Assembly: GCA_039679675.1 (NCBI GenBank)
Contig: JBDKUN010000044.1
Span: forward strand, 1 to 31,653
Direction of reading: 5' to 3'
DNA: 31,653 nt
From: Armatimonadota bacterium
GTDB lineage: Bacteria; Armatimonadota; UBA5829; DTLH01
The position numbers and the translations under genes are program-made. Under the pieces are notes generated by a model. The model did no database searches and was not told the DNA's origin. It worked only from the letters and a program-made list of their open reading frames with translations. Each line of letters opens with the position of its first letter. Position 1 is the stretch's first letter. This document shows positions 8,499 through 16,387 of this stretch, piece after piece.

Positions 8499-11405
8499 TT
8501 ATGGTATGAACTCGTCACAGCCTATGTCTACAGAGGATGCTTGGCGTGAATCACCATCTATATCAGTATTAGCATAAACTACCCAGTTATTGCCATCCTT
8601 GTCCTGAGCCTGTGCTATACCAGCATTTATACATGCTGATCCTGAAGCTAAATGGTATCCATCTGTAGCAAGTCCAGAGGAATTGGATATATTTGAGTAG
8701 CTTGTGTAGAACGAAGCTTTCAACCCTGTATAAGTGAAGTTGGTATCATTGTTATAGAGACAATTACGCCCATTATTCACCGCATAGGTATAGTTAAGGC
8801 CAACATTATCCAGATAAAGGGCAGCACTGCCTGTGTTAGATGCAATTATATTGTTATAAACATAAGCATTTTGGCTGTCATTATTCCTGACGTAGATCCC
8901 GGCGCCTTTATAGGAACAACTATTACTGACTATCGTGTTGTTGAACACGAATATTTTTGCAAAATAGCTATAGATAGCTCCACCATTGGTTGCTGAATTA
9001 CCTCTAATGGAGTTATTGGTGATAGTCATAGAAACTGAGTTGCTGATACTTAGGCCACCTCCATTGTTATATTCAACCCTGTTGCTGTCAATAATGCCGT
9101 TCGAGTTATTAGTGGTCAAACCTGTGCCACCATTACTCTTGATATAGTTATTGTATATATTGCCGCCAGAGCCGGAAAGGTATACACCACTACTACTGTT
9201 ATCCCGAATGACGTTATAGCCTAAAGCAACGCCCGCATTTGTAACTCTAATACCACAAGTTGTGATTGAATATACAGTGCAGTTATAGATTGACAGTGCA
9301 TTATTAACGACGTCGATTCCATAAGTTCCACGCTTGATGGTAAAGCCGTCGATCTGAGTGCGATTGTTTGTAGCGGATGCAGTTACAACAGTGCCCCCAT
9401 TCTGACCATCGAGTATAGTTGCATAATCGTCTGAATCAGGTCGAGGAAATGCTGGACGTGCATCTATAGTAGATTCATTCCCAACGAAACCACCATACAT
9501 GGATACACCGGCTTGCATGGATATTCTCTCATTGTAGGTTCCCTTAGCTACCCAAACTTGAGTATCTGTCTGATTGTAGCCCACCGCAGTAGCTATACCG
9601 GCAGCGACGGTCGCCTTTGCATCATTCCAACTCCAACCGGAATTGCTGTCACTGCCGCCATCTGCGGGAGTCTTCACATACACGATATTGGAGTGATAAG
9701 ACACTGTGTTATCCGTTGATGTAGAAGGGCTATTCAAGACGCCGGAGGAATCCATTGCCACCCCTGCTGGAATAGAGGCTATTACTGTCCCATAGGTAAG
9801 GTCACTGACTGCAACGTTATAGGTTTTGCCTTCAGTATCGGTCTGAGTAACCGTAACAGTCTTTGTGCCACCGGCAGTGCCGGATATAATAACATCAGCA
9901 GCAGTAAACCCTGTGACAGGCTCACTAAAGGTAACTGTAAAGTTGATTGGGGTTGTATTCGTCGGGTCTGTAGTTGCCTGCTCGATTGTGCATGTCACCG
10001 GCTGGAGTCGAAGGACTCTCTGTAAATTGTTGTCCGTATCGTACTCACAAGAACTTATACCGGATAAAATAACGAACTCACTACCATTGGCAGTGTAAAT
10101 GTAAGGGAAATATGCCACCTTTACACTTACACCTGAGCCGTCATCAATCTTGAACCACTGCGCCGGACTGTTTGTTGTGTCAATCTCCGTGACTTTTCCG
10201 CAAGTCCTTACAAGCAGGCCGATATTGTTTAGCCCGTAGCCATTCACAACCCCTAACTGGCCTGTGCCAGCATAAGCTCCGCCACCGAGAGTCTTATTTA
10301 TCATTCCAAGCGTAGCTATCGTCCCGGTTCCGTTCTGTGTGACTGTGGCCGCATCTATATGGCGTTCGCCGCTAGTGTCGTCTGTATCAATCGTTCCGAT
10401 AATATCGACCTTTTCACCCTTATGATGTGTATTGCTTCCCAGGTTGACTCTAATCCCGCTTGACCTGTTTTCTTCTTCGATATAGAAATAACTGGCCCAA
10501 TCACGGGTTATAATCTTGCCCGTCAATTCTCCGGCAACAAATGGGTGATCGTCAGCCCAAGTCTTCGCCCAGGAAATAGTTCCTGCTGTAGCAGCAACCA
10601 GTGACCCTTTATAGCTTTCCTGAGCATTGTAGTTTGGCCCACAATTTACATCGAGAACTGTATTTGTCCCGTCAGTGTCAATAGTGCCTGCGACGGTAGC
10701 GATTCTATCTGTTTGATTGACTGTACCTGTGTAATAGACTGGAATGGTATCGGTGCTGCCATCTTCACCTAATATGAATGAACCTGTGCCTCCTGTTGAT
10801 ACCGGATGGCAGTGAAGTTCCACGACTGCTCCCACTCCAGCACTTTTAGCAGCAGCTATGGTGGAATAAACTATAGGTGTTGATTCGGACTCTGTGCTGA
10901 CTTCACCTGTAGTCATTGATTCTGTTGATGTTATTGACTCCGAAGCAGTCTGCTCCGTCAGATTCGTTTTCCACTGCCAGGGAATAGGTCTAAGCAGCCC
11001 CTTGATAAGTGGGCCAAAATAAAGCAGCGTGCCGTCTGAAGCACAATAACCCCATACTGTTACATTAGTTAAAGCATGTTCACCGGATTCCAGAGTAATC
11101 AGATCACCTTCAATATCTACGGTCTGACCAATTTTGAGTAGTGGGTTTGCCTGTGTAAATACAATTAACTTGTCCTGTGCAAAGCACTCCGAGATAACTA
11201 TATATGCTGGGGTCTGCTGCGCTCTGATCTTGCTGATTCTTACAGCATCCAGATATACATGTGTTCCGTCCGCTAATTCTTTAGCCCAGTTTATCGTTCC
11301 TTCCCTTGATTGCCAGTCGAAACTTGCAGAGGCAGCAGTGGAAAGCATAAGCACTATAAGCCCTGCAAGCCCTATGACTGCCGCCATCTTTTTTCGAAGC
11401 ATCAT
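8499..11405 (-). CDS. Large secreted multidomain protein: OB-fold-like repeats, Ig-like domain, right-handed beta-helix, choice-of-anchor-Q-like C-terminus
   Basis: Signal peptide; YFYIEEENRSSGIRV and GLNNIGLLVRTCGKV region; INFTVTFSEPVTGF Ig-like; YVK..SDSNSGWSW..AKATV..VWVAKGTYNE; Asn/Gly-rich coils; YHLASGSACINAG..DIDGDSR..DIGCDE; AGGAG RBS. Confidence 0.8.
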   Translation of the reverse strand: MMLRKKMAAVIGLAGLIVLMLSTAASASFDWQSREGTINWAKELADGTHVYLDAVRISKIRAQQTPAYIVISECFAQDKLIVFTQANPLLKIGQTVDIEGDLITLESGEHALTNVTVWGYCASDGTLLYFGPLIKGLLRPIPWQWKTNLTEQTASESITSTESMTTGEVSTESESTPIVYSTIAAAKSAGVGAVVELHCHPVSTGGTGSFILGEDGSTDTIPVYYTGTVNQTDRIATVAGTIDTDGTNTVLDVNCGPNYNAQESYKGSLVAATAGTISWAKTWADDHPFVAGELTGKIITRDWASYFYIEEENRSSGIRVNLGSNTHHKGEKVDIIGTIDTDDTSGERHIDAATVTQNGTGTIATLGMINKTLGGGAYAGTGQLGVVNGYGLNNIGLLVRTCGKVTEIDTTNSPAQWFKIDDGSGVSVKVAYFPYIYTANGSEFVILSGISSCEYDTDNNLQRVLRLQPVTCTIEQATTDPTNTTPINFTVTFSEPVTGFTAADVIISGTAGGTKTVTVTQTDTEGKTYNVAVSDLTYGTVIASIPAGVAMDSSGVLNSPSTSTDNTVSYHSNIVYVKTPADGGSDSNSGWSWNDAKATVAAGIATAVGYNQTDTQVWVAKGTYNERISMQAGVSMYGGFVGNESTIDARPAFPRPDSDDYATILDGQNGGTVVTASATNNRTQIDGFTIKRGTYGIDVVNNALSIYNCTVYSITTCGIRVTNAGVALGYNVIRDNSSSGVYLSGSGGNIYNNYIKSNGGTGLTTNNSNGIIDSNRVEYNNGGGLSISNSVSMTITNNSIRGNSATNGGAIYSYFAKIFVFNNTIVSNSCSYKGAGIYVRNNDSQNAYVYNNIIASNTGSAALYLDNVGLNYTYAVNNGRNCLYNNDTNFTYTGLKASFYTSYSNISNSSGLATDGYHLASGSACINAGIAQAQDKDGNNWVVYANTDIDGDSRQASSVDIGCDEFIP

Positions 11406-11616
11406 CTACTCTTTTTCTCCTTACACAGACGAATACTTTTACAAATCCATAACTATATGCTTACTTGTTCGATGGTTACAGGTAGTTTTCCTCTGGTGGG
11501 ACCTATTAACTGACAATCATTCAAAGAGGATATTGCCAGGTGAAAGTAGAGGCAGCTAAGAAATCAAAATGAAGTGTACCCTACGTCATCGGTTGGAGGG
11601 GGTGGCTTTATGAGAA

Positions 11617-11644
11617 ATCGTATCTGGGTCGTTTTTTGTGTCAA
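11617..11644 (-). promoter_or_regulatory. Putative promoter for the 968-aa gene and HAF triplet
   Basis: Minus strand TTGACA-16 bp-TACGAT, about 210 bp upstream of the start. Confidence 0.45.
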
Positions 11645-11665
11645 CTGCTTAAGAGGCGAAAATCC

Positions 11666-11706
11666 GAAGAAAATAATAGCCATTGAGACTGCGTTCACTC
11701 AATGGC
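11666..11706 (-). terminator. Hairpin plus T-rich tail after the 249-aa PEP-CTERM gene; repeated at 13275-13302
   Basis: Minus strand GCCATTGAG-TGAACGCAGT-CTCAATGGC then TATTATTTTCTT. Confidence 0.6.
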
Positions 11707-11742
11707 CAATGTGCTAAAGCGACAACCAAATATTACTGTGAA

Positions 11743-12492
11743 TTACTTACGCCGTCGTCGGAAGACGAAACCTACCGGCGCCAGAATTGAGCAGGCAGCA
11801 AAGATGGTGCCTGGCTCAGGAACTGCCGTTACGAAGTTTTGGTTCGTATCGCTGCTGATTATCCTATAATCGCCGACCGGTCCTGTCCCTGCGTAGTCAG
11901 CTCCATATTTAAGGAACTCATCGGCTTTACTCGCGACACCTGGAGTGTTGCCCAAATAGAATCGGACAGCGCTTCCGTCACCAGAAGTCCAGAAGTTATC
12001 TCTGCTGCTGTCCCAGTCGCCCACTTCCCCTTTCCACGTCGCAAGCTGCAGCGCAGTCCGGTCAGCATCCGATGTAACAATGGCCTTGCTCCACATATAG
12101 GTCAATTTGTTCCAATCACCTTGTGACTCGATAGTCGGAATGCTACCGGAATAGTTACCGACTTTGTAATTGGTATAGGACGTTCCGGTGTTGATGAGAT
12201 GAGCTGTATCTACACAAACAGCAAAGACATCCCAAGATCTCGTTCCTTGCGTAATATTGAGCTCAGGCTGTTTCCAGTAGATATTATTACTATAGGTCAC
12301 GCCGCCCCATGTGGAATAAGCCCAGCCACTTTCAACACCAACTTCGCCCTTAAGGACCAGGTTGTCGAGCGATCTATTACTCAATCCACTGGCTGAGCTA
12401 AGTCCTGGTCCTGGATATGCAATGACAGAGCCACTGATGCCCAAGCAGAGTGCCAGAGCAAGTGTAATCGCCAAGAGCAATTGATACTTCAC
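11743..12492 (-). CDS. PEP-CTERM protein with thioester-domain (TED)-like motifs
   Basis: GTG start with GGAGG RBS; signal peptide; FAVCVD, ALQLATW, NQNFV; VPEPGTIFAACSILAPVGFVFRRRRK tail. Confidence 0.82.
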   Translation of the reverse strand: MKYQLLLAITLALALCLGISGSVIAYPGPGLSSASGLSNRSLDNLVLKGEVGVESGWAYSTWGGVTYSNNIYWKQPELNITQGTRSWDVFAVCVDTAHLINTGTSYTNYKVGNYSGSIPTIESQGDWNKLTYMWSKAIVTSDADRTALQLATWKGEVGDWDSSRDNFWTSGDGSAVRFYLGNTPGVASKADEFLKYGADYAGTGPVGDYRIISSDTNQNFVTAVPEPGTIFAACSILAPVGFVFRRRRK

Positions 12493-12522
12493 TTCGTATC
12501 TCCCCTCCCCATCTTATTTACA

Positions 12523-12558
12523 GTTGATACAACCGAGCGTTAACCCGGTGGTATCAAC
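12523..12558 (-). promoter_or_regulatory. Intergenic stem-loop between the two PEP-CTERM genes
   Basis: Minus strand GTTGATACcACCGGG-TTAACG-CTCGGTtGTATCAAC; no T-tail. Confidence 0.55.
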
Positions 12559-12584
12559 CATCTCAAGAAATATCCCGTTGGATA

Positions 12585-13244
12585 TTACGCGCGTCTGCGG
12601 CGGAAGACTAGCCCGACCGGGCTAAGGATAGAGAGCGCGGCGAAAATCGTACCGGGCTCGGGAACTGCCGTCAACGAGGCATTGTCCAAGGCCACTCCGC
12701 CATTACCGGACGCAGTGTTTGTGTTACGAAACTCCAAGCGCGTACCGTTTGCCTTGCCCACAAGACCCGAGATGGTTACGGTCTCCCATCCCATATTATC
12801 TCCGCTCTTGCCTGTGGTATCAAACGCTAGATCCTTGACCCAAACACCACCCCAATAGACGGCAGCAGTCTTAAGCGGAGGCCCACTGTTAGGATTCCCC
12901 GCAAGCTCGAAGCTAAGGCTGTAGAGCTGCCCCGCAGATGTATTGACATCTTGCCAAACGCCGTAAGTCACATTCTCGCCGACATTCTCTCCAACAAGAT
13001 CTAGGCACTGAGAGCTGGGCATCTGCCAATAAGGAGCTTGAACCAAGTTAATTGAGCCCTCGGCGGTCCAAGACTCTCCAAACGTTATACCGTCCGTAAC
13101 CGTGGCGCAATAACTTCCCCAATTATTTTCACTCACTGGATCATCAAAGCTGCCGTTCTTTAGAATGTTCGTGCTGGCGTATGCCGTGCATGAAATCATT
13201 ACTGCCATCGCTAAAACAATGCATACGATTCTAATTCTCCTCAC
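12585..13244 (-). CDS. PEP-CTERM protein with DUF642/choice-of-anchor-C (galactose-binding-like) domain
   Basis: GTG 13244 behind AAAGGAGGTGA; NILKNGSF, LDLVG, YSLSFELAGNP, FDTTGKS..NMGW, ALDNASL; VPEPGTIFAALSILSPVGLVFRRRRA tail. Confidence 0.85.
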   Translation of the reverse strand: MRRIRIVCIVLAMAVMISCTAYASTNILKNGSFDDPVSENNWGSYCATVTDGITFGESWTAEGSINLVQAPYWQMPSSQCLDLVGENVGENVTYGVWQDVNTSAGQLYSLSFELAGNPNSGPPLKTAAVYWGGVWVKDLAFDTTGKSGDNMGWETVTISGLVGKANGTRLEFRNTNTASGNGGVALDNASLTAVPEPGTIFAALSILSPVGLVFRRRRA

Positions 13245-13274
13245 ACTTTCACCTCCTTTCGCCAAAATATAGTG

Positions 13275-13302
13275 ACCATTGAGGCTGCATTCACTCAATG
13301 GT
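13275..13302 (-). promoter_or_regulatory. 5'-leader hairpin, paralog of 11679-11706
   Basis: Minus strand ACCATTGAG-TGAATGCAGC-CTCAATGGT, between the putative promoter and the RBS. Confidence 0.65.
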
Positions 13303-13315
13303 TGCCTGATAGTAA

Positions 13316-13344
13316 TATATAATCAAAATAATGCATATTGTCAA
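13316..13344 (-). promoter_or_regulatory. Putative promoter for the PEP-CTERM pair
   Basis: Minus strand TTGACA-17 bp-TATATA. Confidence 0.5.
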
Positions 13345-13467
13345 TAAGCATGACATAAAAGGAGGTAAAAACTGGTATTTATGCCAGGATATAATCCGAC
13401 AATACCTCATATATTGTTTAATTTATCAATATATTGAGCCGACACATCATTAGTATTTTACTTGTGG

Positions 13468-13513
13468 GGTAATAGTTCACTTTTGTAAGAATTATATATT
13501 GCCTCGGACAGTT
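13468..13513 (+). repeat. 46-bp direct repeat, copy 2
   Basis: GGTAATAGTTCACTTTTGTAAGAATTATATATTGCCTCGGACAGTT. Confidence 0.9.
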
Positions 13514-13676
13514 CTGGATATTTGTGACTTGAGTTGATCTGCCGGGCACATGGCGGTATTGTGTTCCCGTTCGCGAATATATAAGCCTGGGGCGTTGGAG
13601 CCAGATCCACGGACGAAAGACAAGCTTCTGGGCGAGGTACGCCGGGGAGTAAGTGCTCTACAACCTCTTGCGTGCT

Positions 13677-13719
13677 GTTTCCGCTCCGTGTCAATCTAAA
13701 TCTCACGGGGATCGGAAAC
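13677..13719 (-). other. Stem-loop immediately after the ATPase stop
   Basis: On the + strand GTTTCCG..CCGTG pairs with CACGG..CGGAAAC; no clear T-tail. Confidence 0.45.
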
Positions 13720-13727
13720 CGCAGTCA

Positions 13728-14951
13728 TCATAGCGCCCCCACAGGTATCGACCACGCCGCCTCCGTTATCGGCAGCGCTTGCTTTGCAAGGCAGATCACG
13801 CCGCCAGGCCCAACGGGCAGCCCCAGCCGTCCCAGCGTCCCAAATGTGCGGATATCTCTGGCAGTAGGTGATGCAGTTTTCTTGATTTCAATAGGATACA
13901 GGGTCCCGTCCTGCAATATCAAAAGATCGATCTCTTTCTTGTCCTTGTCGCGATAGTAATAGAACGGCGGCTGCTTGCCACTGTGCAGATAGCTTTTAAG
14001 GAGCTCAGAGATAACCCAGGTCTCCAGAATCGCGCCGGACATTGCGCCTGCCTCAAGCGTCTGTGGACTCGACCAGCCGGTTAGATAGGAACACAATCCG
14101 GTATCTAAGAAGTAAAGCTTTGGGGCCTTGATTAGCCGTTTACTCAAGTTGTTGGAGTATGGCTCAAGCAGGTAGATGATACCCGATGCCTGCATTATCG
14201 AGAGCCAGTTCTTAGCGGTATTGACAGCAATATCGGCATCGCGGGCGAAGTCGGTCAGATTGACGAGTTGGCCCGTGCGAGCGGCAGCTATGCGAAGAAA
14301 TCGCAAGAATGACATCTCATCGCCAACCCTGGCGAGGTCACGCACATCACGCTGCAGGTATGTCTGCACATAGGAGCTGTAGAACAAGTCCCTGTCCATA
14401 TCCTCATTAAGCGCGATTACGGGATAAGATCCCCGCCATATTGAGTTGTAGAGCCCTTGAAGGTCCAGATTGCCACCGCTAAGTTCACGATCGGCTACGT
14501 CGGCTGGAGTTGGCAGGAATGGACGCACCGCCGGACCCTGGCCCATCTTCTCCCGCCGTGAGAATCCGAGCAGTTGAACGATAGCCACTCGGCCCGCAAG
14601 CGATTCCGACACACCTTTCATAAGGTGAAACTGCTGGGAACCGGTAAGCCAGAAAAGATTAGGCTTCTGAGCGCGGTCGGCCTCCATCTTGATGTATGGA
14701 AGCAGTTCCGGTGCATATTGGATCTCGTCGATCAGCATCGGCGGCCGGAATCTTTGGAAGAAGAGCGCGGGGTCTCTTTTGGCGAGATCCAAGAGCAGCA
14801 AATCATCCAAGGATACATAAGTCCGCTCAGGCTCGCTCAGATGGCGAAGAAACGTAGTTTTACCGACCTGGCGTGCGCCGGTGACAAGCATTGCCGGAAA
14901 TTGTCCGGCTGCAGGCCTTGCAAAGTTTTCTAGTGTGCGCGGCAGATACAT
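13728..14951 (-). CDS. AAA_14 / DUF4143 ATP-binding protein
   Basis: GARQVGKTT Walker A, LIDEIQY Walker B, LTGSQ, ESLAGR, PKLYFLDTGL, C-terminal EIDL...PIEIK (PD-(D/E)xK-like). Confidence 0.93.
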   Translation of the reverse strand: MYLPRTLENFARPAAGQFPAMLVTGARQVGKTTFLRHLSEPERTYVSLDDLLLLDLAKRDPALFFQRFRPPMLIDEIQYAPELLPYIKMEADRAQKPNLFWLTGSQQFHLMKGVSESLAGRVAIVQLLGFSRREKMGQGPAVRPFLPTPADVADRELSGGNLDLQGLYNSIWRGSYPVIALNEDMDRDLFYSSYVQTYLQRDVRDLARVGDEMSFLRFLRIAAARTGQLVNLTDFARDADIAVNTAKNWLSIMQASGIIYLLEPYSNNLSKRLIKAPKLYFLDTGLCSYLTGWSSPQTLEAGAMSGAILETWVISELLKSYLHSGKQPPFYYYRDKDKKEIDLLILQDGTLYPIEIKKTASPTARDIRTFGTLGRLGLPVGPGGVICLAKQALPITEAAWSIPVGAL

Positions 14952-14961
14952 ATCGTTACCC

Positions 14962-15019
14962 CATTATCGGCTATAATGCAATGCAAATGCATGATAGCCG
15001 ATAATGAGCATCTCGTCAA
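14962..15019 (-). promoter_or_regulatory. ATPase promoter overlapped by a 13-bp perfect inverted repeat
   Basis: TTGACG-17 bp-TATCAT (15019-14991); CATTATCGGCTAT (14962-14974) and ATAGCCGATAATG (14994-15006). Confidence 0.7.
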
Positions 15020-15103
15020 CTGCTGTTCTGGCAATGCTGGACGGGTGTACCCTATCAATCAACTGAAAAAAAGCAGGGAGACAGCCAAAACCGCAGCCGC
15101 GTC

Positions 15104-16309
15104 TTAGCGGGAAGCCTCTTTCATAACGGACTTCACCGAATCTGCGACATGGTGCATATAGCCTTCAGTAAGAGTAGGGTGAACCAGGAACATCAGAGCC
15201 GTCTCCCCCAATTCCCTGGCAACCGGCAGACGCTCAGGCGGCTGAAGCCCCGCGTCGGCAAACGCCTTCTCCAGATAGATCTCACTGCAGCTGCCAACAG
15301 TGCATGAAATGCCAAGAGAGTTCAAAGTGACCATAATCCGGTCCCTGGACCACCCATCCTTCAACCTCTCCGGCACAACATAGGCATAGAACTTATAATA
15401 AGCATGCCCGAAATCCGAAGAAGGCACAGGAACCCTGAGGGCAGGGATTTCACTAAAAGAATCGATCAAAACAGCCGCATTCCGCCGCCGGACATCAACC
15501 CAGCCATCAAGCTTGGTAAGCTGCACCCGGCCAATAGCCGCCTGAACCTCAAGCATTCGCCAGTTTGTTCCAAAACTCTCGTGCAGCCACCGGAACCCGG
15601 GGGCATGCTCGCGGTTATAGACAGCATCATAGCTCTTGCCGTGATCTTTATAAGCCCAAGCCTTCTCCCAAACAGCCGGATCGCCGGTAGTAAGCATCCC
15701 GCCCTCGCCGCCTGTGGTCATGATCTTGTCCTGGCAGAATGACCAGGCCGCAGCATCCCCCAGGGAGCCGCAGGGCCGGCCTTTATATGCCGCACCATGG
15801 CACTGGGCACAGTCCTCGATAACCTTGAGGTTGTGCTTTTTGGCCAGGGCAAGGATAGGGTCCATATCGCAGGGCCAACCGGCCAGATGCACAGTTATAA
15901 TTGCTTTAGTCTTTGGAGTCAGCACAGCCTCGATAGCCGCCGCAGTGATATTACCGCTGTCACGGTCCACATCGGCAAACACAGGCTTGCTGCCGCGCAC
16001 AACAGCCGCACTTGCGGAGGCCAAAAAGGTCCTGGGAGTCACCACTACCTCGTCTCCCGGCATAATTCCCAACGCATGAAGCGCAAGCTCAAGCGCCAAA
16101 GAGCCGTTATGGAGAGCAACACCAAACTCACACCCTACAGCCTGTGCGAACTCCTTCTCAAAAATCCGCCCAACCTCCCCCGTCCAATAGTTGACCTTGC
16201 CGGATTTGAGGACTGCGGTTACAGCCTCGACCTCATCCGGGGCGAAATGCGGCCAGGGACCTGGCTCTGTGATTGTTTTGCTGCCTGAGTTGGTGTTGAT
16301 TTCTTTCAT
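15104..16309 (-). CDS. DegT/DnrJ/EryC1/StrS sugar 4-aminotransferase (PglE / Neisseria PglC-like)
   Basis: GKVNYWTG, NGSLAL, VHLAG, IEDCAQ, SFCQDKIMTTGGEGG with PLP lysine, GTNWRM. Confidence 0.92.
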   Translation of the reverse strand: MKEINTNSGSKTITEPGPWPHFAPDEVEAVTAVLKSGKVNYWTGEVGRIFEKEFAQAVGCEFGVALHNGSLALELALHALGIMPGDEVVVTPRTFLASASAAVVRGSKPVFADVDRDSGNITAAAIEAVLTPKTKAIITVHLAGWPCDMDPILALAKKHNLKVIEDCAQCHGAAYKGRPCGSLGDAAAWSFCQDKIMTTGGEGGMLTTGDPAVWEKAWAYKDHGKSYDAVYNREHAPGFRWLHESFGTNWRMLEVQAAIGRVQLTKLDGWVDVRRRNAAVLIDSFSEIPALRVPVPSSDFGHAYYKFYAYVVPERLKDGWSRDRIMVTLNSLGISCTVGSCSEIYLEKAFADAGLQPPERLPVARELGETALMFLVHPTLTEGYMHHVADSVKSVMKEASR

Positions 16310-16387
16310 AATAGAACTCCCAAAAAGCTTGTTAACACAATGCTACACAAACTGATTATGATTGCACAAAAACACTAAATCAGTTAT

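Noticed and set aside
11570..11600. TGAAGTGTACCC resembling an IS3-family end
   Set aside because: Only about 12 bp, with no partner end or transposase fragment.
12969..12992. 12-bp tandem duplication (GENV-GENV)
   Set aside because: In-frame, two diverged copies; not a phase-variable tract.
13245..13298. Longer start (MSECSLNG...) for the DUF642 gene
   Set aside because: It begins inside the leader hairpin; a strong AAAGGAGGTGA RBS precedes GTG 13244 and the signal peptide.
13358..13437. Plus-strand AAAGGAGGT followed by an 18-codon ORF (MPGYNPTIPHILFNLSIY)
   Set aside because: RBS-to-ATG spacing of about 14 nt is long and nothing else supports it.
5259..13513. 46-bp repeat as a CRISPR repeat, dif site, tRNA-derived att site or integron attC
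   Set aside because: Only two copies 8.2 kb apart; no XerD arm (TTATGTTAAAT), no tRNA 3' end, no RYYYAAC...GTTRRRY palindrome.
13458..13706. 82-aa ORF as a real gene
   Set aside because: No RBS or recognisable motif; it starts inside a hairpin and runs through the direct repeat.
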